From: Candidatus Collierbacteria bacterium RIFOXYD2_FULL_45_13
GTDB taxonomy: Bacteria > Patescibacteriota > Microgenomatia > UBA1400 > MFAQ01
Assembly (NCBI GenBank): GCA_001774685.1
Contig: MFAS01000001.1
Location: 897,252 to 961,251 of the forward strand
Length of the DNA stretch: 64,000 nt
Direction of reading: 5' to 3'
Each line of letters starts with the position of its first letter. Position 1 is the first letter of the stretch. Below the pieces are notes generated by a model. It searched no databases and was not told the DNA's origin. It saw only the letters and a list, made by a program, of their open reading frames with translations. A program made the position numbers and the translations under genes. Shown here piece by piece: positions 8,404 to 17,823 of the stretch.

Positions 8404-8664
8404 ATGAACACCTTTCTTCTCGTCACAGACGTGGTTCTTTTAGCTATATTCGGAGCTTCCATGATCAGTGATTTCGTTCTTTTTGTCCACCAAGGCAGAC
8501 ATCTTGTTCCTTCTTATTATCAGACCATTTCCCTGATCTTTCTGCTTATGGGTATCGTTAATTTCGGCCTAATGGTCTTCATCAGTGAGCTGGCCTTCAA
8601 CCTCTTTCTAATCGCACTGGGGTGCCTATTCATCTCTGCTTGTTACGCATGGTGCGCCAGGTAA
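8404..8664 (+). CDS. small membrane protein
   Basis: SD GGAGG; 86 aa; 3 hydrophobic helices. Confidence 0.5.
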   Translation: MNTFLLVTDVVLLAIFGASMISDFVLFVHQGRHLVPSYYQTISLIFLLMGIVNFGLMVFISELAFNLFLIALGCLFISACYAWCAR

Positions 8665-8681
8665 CAACAAGGAGCCTCAAA

Positions 8682-9041
8682 ATGACTTTTCAAAGCGGTA
8701 GATGCGTGAACTGCGATTCGCCAATATCCACAGGCATTCTTTGTCAGAGTTGTACCCCAAGCGTGCCCAGCGTAGCAAACCGAGAGCCAACCATCGCTGA
8801 TATGACCTCCGGCCAATCAGGTTATGTGGCTGAATATGCTGTTTTTAAAGCCGAAGGCATGATCATGCTAGTCGGGTCAGCCAAAATCACCACAGAGATC
8901 AGCCGTTATCAGACCGTCCGAATTACCAAGCGGAATGATATTTACGAGGTCGATAGCCAGACCATCGCCAGTTGGGATATCTACGAGGGCTGGCCACAAG
9001 CAAAAGAAGACACCGACTATCTCTTGGCCAAGCTGGTCTAG
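8682..9041 (+). CDS. hypothetical protein with N-terminal zinc ribbon (CVNC...CQSC)
   Basis: SD AAGGAG at the correct spacing before the ATG at 8682. Confidence 0.5.
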   Translation: MTFQSGRCVNCDSPISTGILCQSCTPSVPSVANREPTIADMTSGQSGYVAEYAVFKAEGMIMLVGSAKITTEISRYQTVRITKRNDIYEVDSQTIASWDIYEGWPQAKEDTDYLLAKLV

Positions 9042-9063
9042 ACACTCAATAAAGGAGAACTGT

Positions 9064-9564
9064 ATGTTAATTTTCGCCCGTGGTTTTTCGGAACGTCTCA
9101 ATATCATTGCCACAGCCAATCGTCCCCCGGTGACCACCCTTTCCTTTGCCGAAATCACCGAGCTATGTAAGCTAGCCGGTTATCGTTTATCTAAGGTGAA
9201 CGAAACCATGTTCACCATCTTTCATCATGATGGCAAACACGGTCTGGACAATGGCCTCTATATCATCTGGCACGTCCTTCCGGACCACCGCGGTCTGGCC
9301 TACTATCCTACGTTGCAGCCGTTATATTCCCGCGGTAAAAATCATCAACTGCTGGACGAGATGCTAAAGCACCTTGCCTCGTTTTTGCCCAATATTGGGT
9401 TTAAGTCCGAGATTGTCTTCTCCCTCCAGGAAGAGATCGTGGTTCTTCCGGAAGAACTTAAAGCTCGTAACTCAGGCATTGAAGTTATGCTTCTTTCCGA
9501 GTTCCAAGCCAAGTACAAACCTCTTTACCGCTTCCTGCAAGAAAAAATGGTCACCCCTCGCTAA
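9064..9564 (+). CDS. hypothetical protein
   Basis: SD AAAGGAGAA; 166 aa; terminator at 9607..9633. Confidence 0.5.
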   Translation: MLIFARGFSERLNIIATANRPPVTTLSFAEITELCKLAGYRLSKVNETMFTIFHHDGKHGLDNGLYIIWHVLPDHRGLAYYPTLQPLYSRGKNHQLLDEMLKHLASFLPNIGFKSEIVFSLQEEIVVLPEELKARNSGIEVMLLSEFQAKYKPLYRFLQEKMVTPR

Positions 9565-9672
9565 TCACCAACCTCGCCACTCGTGGGCAGGGACAGCATT
9601 CATTCTAAAGCCGCGTAAACGCGGCTTTTTTTGTATCTAAATTTCCAAAAAATGGTAAAATTAGCTTCGTAA

Positions 9673-9748
9673 GGCCACCTTAGCTCAGTTGGCTAGAGCG
9701 CCAATTTTGTAAATTGGAAGTCCTGAGTTCGAATCTCAGAGGTGGCTC
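9673..9748 (+). tRNA. tRNA-Thr (anticodon UGU)
   Basis: Acceptor GGCCACC/GGTGGCT; D arm AGCTC-AGTTGGCT-AGAGC; anticodon stem CCAAT/ATTGG with loop TTTGTAA; T arm CTGAG-TTCGAAT-CTCAG. Confidence 0.85.
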
Positions 9749-9752
9749 AATT

Positions 9753-10163
9753 ATGGATATGTGTCTTAATTGCGGACAAAATTTAAACAGACATCAATTT
9801 AAATATTGTTCAAACTTGTGTCAATCCAAAAAAAGACAGTTAGAGTACATCGAAAAATGGCAAAAAGGTAATGCTGATGGCTCAAGTGGTCTAGCCACAA
9901 AAAATATTTCAAGGTATTTAAAGCATTATTTGGAAGAAAAGTCTGGTAATAAATGTAGCTTGTGTGGCTGGAAGGAGAAAAATGTCAAAACCGGTAAGGT
10001 TCCACTTGAAATTGACCACATCAACGGAATAGCAGAGGATAATCGCGAGGAAAACCTCAGAATAATCTGCCCCAATTGCCATTCCCTAAGCCCAAATTTT
10101 AGAAACTTAAACAAAGGTCGAGGCAGGTCCTGGCGAACAAAAAAATATCTTAAAAATAAGTAG
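9753..10163 (+). CDS. HNH endonuclease
   Basis: Motif EIDHINGIAEDNREENLRIICPNCH plus an N-terminal CxxC pair; starts 5 nt after tRNA-Thr. Confidence 0.75.
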   Translation: MDMCLNCGQNLNRHQFKYCSNLCQSKKRQLEYIEKWQKGNADGSSGLATKNISRYLKHYLEEKSGNKCSLCGWKEKNVKTGKVPLEIDHINGIAEDNREENLRIICPNCHSLSPNFRNLNKGRGRSWRTKKYLKNK

Positions 10164-10336
10164 CGACCAAAACCACCCTCTAACTACTATATATGTCCAA
10201 AGAAATTGATCCTAGACAAGCCATTTATTCTGCTCAAACAATTGTTCAGGAGATGCGGGGCTTTTTCATATAAAATATACCCTGACTTCCCCACTGTATA
10301 ATCCATAACATACACTTTGAAATAAGGAGATTGCCT

Positions 10337-10570
10337 GTGAGTATCACCACCTTACTTCCTGTCGTCTTGTACGTTCTGATCGCCATCGAAATCACCATCA
10401 CTCTATTCACTGACGCACTCAAGAGCAAACCACTCACCTCTATTGTTTTGATCATTGGAATAGCTATCAGTAGCCTACTTTTTGCCTTAAACAGCCCATT
10501 CGTTGCCATCTGTTGGCTGTCTCTCCCCACCATAGCCACATACAACCTACTCAAACTGTACCGTAAGTGA
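10337..10570 (+). CDS. small membrane protein (GTG start)
   Basis: SD AAGGAG 7 nt before the GTG; two TM helices; terminator at 10575..10600. Confidence 0.45.
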   Translation: MSITTLLPVVLYVLIAIEITITLFTDALKSKPLTSIVLIIGIAISSLLFALNSPFVAICWLSLPTIATYNLLKLYRK

Positions 10571-10608
10571 TCCTCCACCCGCCCTAAGGTGGGTTTTTTT
10601 ATTAATAT

Positions 10609-11328
10609 TTACTTAAAATCCGCGCCGACCATAATCATCAAATCCGCCTTCGGATAAGTTTCTGCAGACTGTGTGGCGACTTCACCGCCTACCAGCTGAG
10701 CCATCTCAGCCGCCTGTTTACCCAACTTCCCAGTCAAATCCACAACTAGCGTTTTTTCATAAGCATCGGACTTCGCCGTCGCCTTGGAAACTATCGAGAC
10801 ACCGGGAATGTTCTTCTCTACAATTCTTTTCTCCAACTCATTAGTTATACCCGAGTTTTTTGAACCATTTACCAGTGCTATTTTCAAGGGATTTCTTTCA
10901 TCTACTCCACTTATAGATATCTGTTGATTCCCGATATTCACCGGAACAACATCTACCAAAAGGTTTGTCGACGGCCGATAAATGTAAGCCTTTTGCGCCT
11001 TCGAATATATCAGGATCTTGTCACCATTCTCGGCCCTAGCAAATACGGGTTGGTCTTTCAGCTTTTCTTTGTCCGTCACCGTCGCCACCACCGGCTCTTC
11101 ATCAGCAGGTAAAACTACTAATTTTGCAAGTTTCTCTGTCAGCATCTTTATTTCCTCCCTAGCTACGCTGTTCGGATCTTTCTTCAAAGTTTCAATCTCT
11201 ATACCCAATCTTTTATTCTGCTTTGATAGCCGAAAGGAGTTTAGTGTTAGCCCTCCAATTACTACGACTACTCCAATTGCTAAAAGCTGAGCTTTTGACA
11301 GTTTGATCATTTGTACTAAATTTAACAA
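10609..11328 (-). CDS. LytR_C-domain (LytR/CpsA/Psr C-terminal) membrane-anchored protein
   Basis: N-terminal TM anchor, coiled-coil region, C-terminal NGSKNSGITNELEKRI...VVDLTGK segment resembling the LytR_C domain. Last gene of the minus-strand operon with the giant protein. Confidence 0.5.
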   Translation of the reverse strand: MLNLVQMIKLSKAQLLAIGVVVVIGGLTLNSFRLSKQNKRLGIEIETLKKDPNSVAREEIKMLTEKLAKLVVLPADEEPVVATVTDKEKLKDQPVFARAENGDKILIYSKAQKAYIYRPSTNLLVDVVPVNIGNQQISISGVDERNPLKIALVNGSKNSGITNELEKRIVEKNIPGVSIVSKATAKSDAYEKTLVVDLTGKLGKQAAEMAQLVGGEVATQSAETYPKADLMIMVGADFK

Positions 11329-11353
11329 ATAATTAATAAATTTACAAGTTTTT

Positions 11354-14300
11354 TCACAATTGAGCGCTTGATGAAGCCATTGGTGTAACCTCCGGCGTTA
11401 TTTCCACAGTCGGTGTCGGTGTAGGCGTCGTCGTGATTATCAATGCTGGGGTAGTAGTCGGGGTGACCTCCGGCGTTATTTCCACAGTTGGTGTAGGAAC
11501 GGGAGTCGCCTGAGAAGACGGCCCTTGAGTGCTCACGGCACCTTGCGACTCTATTGACTTGGCATCTTTAACGGCTATGGCTATCCAGGCGAATCTAAGG
11601 TCCATACCTGCTACTTTGTTCATTCGGATCTTGAATCCTTTAGTGTTCACATCAGCGACTGCATGGGTCGGCAGATTATTCATATCCACGGCTCCGACAA
11701 TCTGTAGAGTCACATTTACCACCGGCTCGTTTGCATATTCTTTCTCAAACTTTACTTCCACTTCATTACTGTCTCCTTTGATGATGGCAAACCCGGCCGT
11801 GTCTTTGTTAAAGGTTGGTCTACCGACAAAGAAAACATCGCCGTGGAAAATTACTTTGTCAAAGAACTCGGCCACATTTCTGAACAGGTTGTTGACAATA
11901 TCGGACATGGATAAAGATTTATTCTCTGCGCTCGGTGTTGCCGTGGCACTTGAAGTCGCAATACCCGCCACCTTGTCAGAAAGCGTCGTAATACTATCCG
12001 CCATTAGTTTGAAGCCCTTGATCTCATTAGCTTCTATCTTGTCGGCCTTGATTGTTCCCATAAAGATAGCGTTTCCGTCGGAGGTGATCTTTACATTCTC
12101 ATTCCCCTCTTTGTCCTGCATCACAAACATGCCGGTAGCCAATATATCTTGTGTGATTACTTTAGGAGTAATCACTTCCAGTCCCGCTACCACTCTATCG
12201 GTCATGATTTCCGAAATATTGGCCGAAGTTGAAGCAATCTGTTCTTTTTCCAGCACCAAGTTGTTTAGCACTTGAGATTTGTAGTCACCGCTAGTTTCAT
12301 CCAGTCCTTTCATGACACTAGCCAATTTACTGCCGCTACTCTCACCGTTTTTGACAAAGGCTAGCACCAAACCCACACCCTGTCCGTTAAAGTCCGACAT
12401 CGCATTACCGATAATCGCTCCCGCTTTGGTCGCTTTCATAGCGATACCAGGTACTGATGAGGTAGTCAGCAAATCCCCCGCCTTGATGGCACCGTTTTCC
12501 GTATTTACCTTCACCGGAACTCTACCCGACAAAGCCACCGGTACAGCTGAGGCACCTTCACCATCTGTTCCACCAATTGTTAATGCTGGTGCGGTTGAAA
12601 CAATTCCCAGTACTGAAGGATCGTATCTTCCCTCAGATTTCTTCACTCCGGCTCTCAGGGATGAATCCAGACTCACCACATCTCCCATTGCGATAGACTT
12701 ATCATTGGTAGAATATATCTCCGCCAAGTCGGCCGTGCTATTTGTCACTTCAATCAAAGTAATGGTCGCGTCTGTCTTTGTTGGGATACTACCCAAAGTA
12801 GAATTGACACTTGAACAAAGCGTGTATCGGACATTGCTGGTCGATGCCGGTGAGTCTAGAAATGCCAAGGTAGCTGTCCCTTCTGCACCCGCACTCGAAA
12901 AGAATTTCCCAAATGAACCATCCACCTGATTTGATGGTGGATTTACACACGTTGGTGTAGCTCCGATACCTCTTCGAATAGTTCCTACGGCATCGGTATC
13001 GCCCGCACCCCCGGCCGCTATTACCACCTCAACCATTACCAATACAGAGTTTGACGCCGAAGTTGGGGTAATATTGGCTCTGGTAGTCGGTGTTGTAAAG
13101 AACTCAGTCACATTATCATCGCTCCATGCCACATCCGCCGGATCATTGAAACTTCTGGTTTGCAGCACATTCTCATTGGCACAGCTAAATAAATTGGTCG
13201 AAGAGTTCCATTGTAGTTTTTGATTGGTTCCGGTACAGCTTGTTAGTCCACTGCCCTGGGTTGTCGTAAAGTTTGCTTGTCCAGCCGCACTTATTGACCA
13301 ATCGTTGCCTCCAGTCATAGCCAGAGTTGTCGCCGCATTACTGTTTCCAATCGAGACTACATCTGCTGCTGTACCATTGGTAGCTATATTGATAGTGTCT
13401 GTTCCTGAATTGGTCACTCCTCCAATGTCTATTGTCTTGGTGTTGGCATTGTCTCCAAAGTTTATCCCTCCGGTACCTGTATCAAAGTTCAAAGCGGTTG
13501 CTCCAGTGGTATTTCCAAAAGTTATGGTCTTTGCGTTTGCCCCTGTCCCAATACTTATTCCCCCGGTTGTACCCGAATCAATAGTTAAAGCGCGAGCAGC
13601 CGTAGAAGTGATGTCTGTCCCGATAGTTCCGTTAAACATTATCCCATTGGTCACTGTTCCGGCTGTTCTCGTGATATTCAAACCACTTGTCATTGTCCCT
13701 GCCCCAGTTTGCTCGATCAATAATCCATTGGTTAATGTCCCGCTCGCGATAGAATTAAATATTCTTTGAGAGGAAACTCCGGCGGTATCTTGATTTTCCA
13801 AAGTAAATGATGTGGGAGTTGTCACCTCTCCTAGCGTGAACTCAATATTCCGAGCATCAGTTGTGGTAAGCGTATTACCGTTATCGTATGCGACCTGCAA
13901 TGTCGCTGTTCCTCCACCGGTTTGATCAGACGCACAAGCCCATCCACCAGCATCAGTCCATTTCAAAAGTTCTCCGTCAGCGCATCCTTTTAATAAAGTC
14001 AGTCCTGATAAGGAAACTTCTAGACCAGAATCTGACGATGCCAATCCGGTTGTGCCGGATGTCGTTAGATTTATACCCAAAGCATTTGAAGAATTTGTTA
14101 ATCCGTTGCCTGTTAAGTCGGTAAACAAATCACTTCTAAGTTTTAGGGTAGATGAGAAAGTTGCATCTCGACTGATCAAACCTTGGAATCCTCCAACTCT
14201 AGTAACTACGTCTGATTGTTGATCTAAAATATCGGTCGAACCGGCCACAGAAAAGGCAGGGAACGCAAGTAAGACATCGGGATCATACCAGCCGGGTACT

Positions 14301-17300
14301 ACCTGCACCGCAATTCTGGTCACACCGGCAGTACTTTTTGCTGCCAATGCTTTTCCAATAGTCGGTCCAGCTTTGGTCTGCTTCATGCCAACTCCAGCTA
14401 CCGAGCTAGGAGCGATCGGATCACCAATGGCGATTTCACCATTTGTTATATCCACTTTTGTATTAACCCTACCAAGCATACCCACAATCTCTTTACCGGC
14501 GTTGCCGTCAGTCCCAAAAGAGTCATTACCCACAAAAGCTGCTGTGTCCGAAACCACTCCCAAGATAAGGTCACCCGTCACCGCTTTTTGATTTCCTGAA
14601 GTTTTTGAAGCAATAATATCTCCGGCCGCATACGATCCTGTTATTACTTCCGTCCACTCGGCCAAATCAGCACCTCCTGAGGTAAACTGAACACCGGCGT
14701 TATTTAGTACAATTCTACCTACCCCTTCACCAATAGTACTTGCTGTTGCAGATCTATAAAACTGCATAAATCTAGTAAGGTTCCCAGTCATCGTCCCGGT
14801 ACTTAGAGTCATCACAGAATTTGCAACAGAACTAGTCTGATTTAAGTTTGTCACACTCGCACTAGCCGTTGCTGCTTGGTTATCGACTACCGTAAATTTA
14901 CGTCCGGGAGTCGTCGTTCCAATTCCCACTTTGTTATTCGTCGCATCTACAAACATCGTATTAGAATCAAAATTAATTCCACCTGTCCCCGCGTTTATAT
15001 TCACAGTTCCTGTCGAGGCGGTCGAGCCAATCGTAAGGGTCTTTGCCCCTGTTCCACCGGTGCCGAAGTTTAGAGCTTGTACCCCTGTTCCGGTACCGAT
15101 ATTGATGGTTCCGGTTGAAGTTCCTCCGGCAATCGAAACATCAAAATTTGAAGAATCGTTTAATGAAACAGTGGCTCCTGTGATGGCCAGACCCGCAGTA
15201 CCCGTTAGTAAACTGGAGAAAGTCTTGGCTCCGGCCAGTGTTTGTGTGCCGGTCGATACTACACCCCCATTTGACCCATCTGCCGGCTGAAGATTCAGTA
15301 CCTGTCCTGTAAGTGTGGCTCCATTGGCGTTCGGTGTAGATCCAATTGCTGCCAAGGTGACATCTCCGGTGTTAGTTCCCGAGCTGGATCCAGTAAAATT
15401 CGATCCGGATAATCCCCCGGCACAACTTAGAGCCCCTGTAGCATTTACAATGGTGCATCCCGTCGAAACCGAACCTCCACCAATTAATATATCTCCCGTA
15501 GAAGTTCCATTGAGGTTTAATACTCCAGATGCTCCTCCGTCAATATTCATGGCGTTAGCTCCCGTAGAGGTTACTGTTCCCGCGCCTGCAAATGTAAGAG
15601 CTGTGGCTGAAACACCGATTGTGTCGATTGAAGAGACTCCGGTTAAGACTCCGGAGTTAATAATCAATCCATTAATCGTATTGGTTGTAGTCGGACCCAC
15701 AAAAGCTCCGGCTGAAGTAATTGTTCCTGTTCCTGATGTAGAAATATTTCCTGAGGTAGTCACAGCATCTCCAGCAGTACTTGGTGACAAAGTAGTTCCC
15801 GTTCTACTCCAGTAGCCAATAGTTCCCGATGTTGGAGCGGTTGAAGTTAGTTGCTTACTGCCGTCTGTATATACTGCCGATGAGGCAGATAAACCGGTGT
15901 CAATAATATCTGTAAGTGTCGCCAATCCTGCAGTAGAAACAGACCAAGTAGCTCCACCCGTTAACGCTAAAGTTGTACCCACCGTACTTGATCCGATTGT
16001 AATTGCTTTCGCGTTCGCATCGTTACCGATTAATATATTACCCGTCCCTGACTGTAAAGTAATTGGCGTGTTAGCCGTCGTATTTCCAAAGGTCAAACCA
16101 CCGGTATTAGTTGTATTTATTATGGTATTGCCTTCAGCTATCACTCTAAAGGGAGCCGCCGTAGAACCTACTTCCGTGGAGGCTTCTAAAATATACTGTA
16201 ACCCGGCTCCGTTTGTTGACGCCGCACTTTCACCAAAACTAAAAGCCGTATTATTTGCAGTCGTTAGTGACCAATTCCAGATTTGCGCATGGTCACCGTT
16301 ACTGATAGTGTTTCCTCCTGTCGCGGCTATGACCGCCGAAAGAGCGGCCCCAGAACCGGCACCGCAGGCAGCATCGGTTTTATTACATAATACTTTCCAC
16401 GCTCCACCTTCATAAATATTAAATTTTCCGGTCGAATCTAGTAGTATTGCCCCATTCGTTCCGGCCGCTAGCGATGTTGTATCTTGATCAATCACTAGTA
16501 TATCGGGAGTTGACGAACCGCCTCCGCCACCACCTATTTGAATAAAGCCTGATGCTGCTCCATTGGTATTAATTGATAGCGTAGAGGCCGTGGAAGTAAT
16601 ATCACCACCATTGATGGCGATATCTCCAGAAAGGGTTAAACCTGTAAATGCACCCGAATTAGGTGTTGTTGAGCCGATTGTTCCTGGTATTGCCCAAGTC
16701 CCACCAAGTAGTGTAGACGAGTTCAAGACTCCGCTTCCGGAGAAAGTTAATGTTGCCCCCGTTCCCACAGTCATGGTTGCCGACGTATTAGTTCCGCTTG
16801 TTAGAGTGTCGAACGAAGACGCTCCACCGGTTCCGGAAGTACCATCTGCCCCAGCAGGGCCCTGCGCTCCCGCTATTCCCTGATCTCCCTTGTCCCCCTT
16901 GTCTCCCTTATCCCCCTTCGGTCCACCTGCTGGCCCAGGAGGACCGGGCGGGCCAGGGACGACAGTTATGCCTGTGGAGGGGAATCCGGGGCCGGACTGA
17001 GTCAAAATCGTGAGCGAGCCATCGCCGACGTCTTGTTTTACCTGAAAGAATGAGGCAACCATTCCCAAATTGAGTGGCACCACCGCCGGTAACGGGGAAA
17101 CATTATCTGTTGTCACGGCTAACACACGACTGTCCGGTTTTCTGTCGATAGACTCCGCCAATTTCAATATCTCTTTCGCTATCATGGCCTGAGTGGCGTC
17201 AGGTTCACGTATGGCGTTCTCCACCCTGACCGAAGTTAGTTTTCCCCGGGTATCAAAATTACCCAGTATCCTTTTATTAGTCGTCAAAGTTTGCAGTTCA

Positions 17301-17806
17301 AAATCCCCCGCCAGTTTTCCTCTTACAATTTTGCCGGTTACCAACTTCACCGGCAATAAAGTATTGTCCGGAAGTGTAATGGTGGTCGCCCCTCTTTCGA
17401 CAAGCTGGGCACTTTCCTTACCACCCTTCTTGGAAATAAAAATGTCTACTTTACTATCAGCTTCCGTAATTAGTCCGGAATCGCCATTTTGATAGGTGAG
17501 TTCCACCTCATTGGGAAATCTTTCATTGGAGACAACCGCGTTTTCAATTCTGGCAAAAGAGAACGAGCCATTCGTCCTCAGTACCGTCATCAAATACGGT
17601 TTGTCAAAAGTGCTCTTCTGTAACACTTCAGGCGTTACATCGTTGATTTCTTCTGTGCCAACCACTTCCTTGGAGACCGGATAAATATAGTTAAACTTGC
17701 TGGCGACCACTGCAAAAGAGACACCGGTGATCACCAAAAAAGTTATCAAAACTCCTTTGATGGTTCGATTGTATTTATTTCCGGTGACTGGTAATACTTG
17801 CTCCAT
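11354..17806 (-). CDS. giant (2150 aa) cell-surface fibrous protein: N-terminal TM anchor, collagen-like GXY repeats, long Gly/Thr/Ser/Ala-rich beta-rich region with two internal homologous modules, C-terminal PT-rich tandem repeat
   Basis: Single uninterrupted ORF. GPPGPPGPAGGPKGDKGDKGDKGDQGIAGAQGPAGADG at nt about 16860-16960. Repeated modules carrying ADLAEW and ADLAEIY at nt about 14280-14680 and 12350-12735. TPTPTVEITPEVTP occurs twice at the C-terminus. Confidence 0.8.
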   Translation of the reverse strand: MEQVLPVTGNKYNRTIKGVLITFLVITGVSFAVVASKFNYIYPVSKEVVGTEEINDVTPEVLQKSTFDKPYLMTVLRTNGSFSFARIENAVVSNERFPNEVELTYQNGDSGLITEADSKVDIFISKKGGKESAQLVERGATTITLPDNTLLPVKLVTGKIVRGKLAGDFELQTLTTNKRILGNFDTRGKLTSVRVENAIREPDATQAMIAKEILKLAESIDRKPDSRVLAVTTDNVSPLPAVVPLNLGMVASFFQVKQDVGDGSLTILTQSGPGFPSTGITVVPGPPGPPGPAGGPKGDKGDKGDKGDQGIAGAQGPAGADGTSGTGGASSFDTLTSGTNTSATMTVGTGATLTFSGSGVLNSSTLLGGTWAIPGTIGSTTPNSGAFTGLTLSGDIAINGGDITSTASTLSINTNGAASGFIQIGGGGGGSSTPDILVIDQDTTSLAAGTNGAILLDSTGKFNIYEGGAWKVLCNKTDAACGAGSGAALSAVIAATGGNTISNGDHAQIWNWSLTTANNTAFSFGESAASTNGAGLQYILEASTEVGSTAAPFRVIAEGNTIINTTNTGGLTFGNTTANTPITLQSGTGNILIGNDANAKAITIGSSTVGTTLALTGGATWSVSTAGLATLTDIIDTGLSASSAVYTDGSKQLTSTAPTSGTIGYWSRTGTTLSPSTAGDAVTTSGNISTSGTGTITSAGAFVGPTTTNTINGLIINSGVLTGVSSIDTIGVSATALTFAGAGTVTSTGANAMNIDGGASGVLNLNGTSTGDILIGGGSVSTGCTIVNATGALSCAGGLSGSNFTGSSSGTNTGDVTLAAIGSTPNANGATLTGQVLNLQPADGSNGGVVSTGTQTLAGAKTFSSLLTGTAGLAITGATVSLNDSSNFDVSIAGGTSTGTINIGTGTGVQALNFGTGGTGAKTLTIGSTASTGTVNINAGTGGINFDSNTMFVDATNNKVGIGTTTPGRKFTVVDNQAATASASVTNLNQTSSVANSVMTLSTGTMTGNLTRFMQFYRSATASTIGEGVGRIVLNNAGVQFTSGGADLAEWTEVITGSYAAGDIIASKTSGNQKAVTGDLILGVVSDTAAFVGNDSFGTDGNAGKEIVGMLGRVNTKVDITNGEIAIGDPIAPSSVAGVGMKQTKAGPTIGKALAAKSTAGVTRIAVQVVPGWYDPDVLLAFPAFSVAGSTDILDQQSDVVTRVGGFQGLISRDATFSSTLKLRSDLFTDLTGNGLTNSSNALGINLTTSGTTGLASSDSGLEVSLSGLTLLKGCADGELLKWTDAGGWACASDQTGGGTATLQVAYDNGNTLTTTDARNIEFTLGEVTTPTSFTLENQDTAGVSSQRIFNSIASGTLTNGLLIEQTGAGTMTSGLNITRTAGTVTNGIMFNGTIGTDITSTAARALTIDSGTTGGISIGTGANAKTITFGNTTGATALNFDTGTGGINFGDNANTKTIDIGGVTNSGTDTINIATNGTAADVVSIGNSNAATTLAMTGGNDWSISAAGQANFTTTQGSGLTSCTGTNQKLQWNSSTNLFSCANENVLQTRSFNDPADVAWSDDNVTEFFTTPTTRANITPTSASNSVLVMVEVVIAAGGAGDTDAVGTIRRGIGATPTCVNPPSNQVDGSFGKFFSSAGAEGTATLAFLDSPASTSNVRYTLCSSVNSTLGSIPTKTDATITLIEVTNSTADLAEIYSTNDKSIAMGDVVSLDSSLRAGVKKSEGRYDPSVLGIVSTAPALTIGGTDGEGASAVPVALSGRVPVKVNTENGAIKAGDLLTTSSVPGIAMKATKAGAIIGNAMSDFNGQGVGLVLAFVKNGESSGSKLASVMKGLDETSGDYKSQVLNNLVLEKEQIASTSANISEIMTDRVVAGLEVITPKVITQDILATGMFVMQDKEGNENVKITSDGNAIFMGTIKADKIEANEIKGFKLMADSITTLSDKVAGIATSSATATPSAENKSLSMSDIVNNLFRNVAEFFDKVIFHGDVFFVGRPTFNKDTAGFAIIKGDSNEVEVKFEKEYANEPVVNVTLQIVGAVDMNNLPTHAVADVNTKGFKIRMNKVAGMDLRFAWIAIAVKDAKSIESQGAVSTQGPSSQATPVPTPTVEITPEVTPTTTPALIITTTPTPTPTVEITPEVTPMASSSAQL

Positions 17807-17823
17807 TTAGATTATTGGCTTGA

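Noticed and set aside
8043-8462. 139-aa minus-strand ORF across the tRNA cluster
   Set aside because: It overlaps two confidently folded tRNAs and a terminator, and has no RBS.
10246-10578. 110-aa minus-strand ORF
   Set aside because: It overlaps the plus-strand small membrane gene, which has an SD and a terminator. The minus ORF has neither.
11529-17492. Numerous plus-strand ORFs of 60 to 250 aa inside the giant gene (such as 11529..12275, 13224..13769, 15315..15815)
   Set aside because: They are antisense to a continuous 6.4 kb ORF whose Gly/Thr/Ser/Ala codons leave the opposite strand free of stops. None has an RBS, and their products are low-complexity P/V/A-rich.
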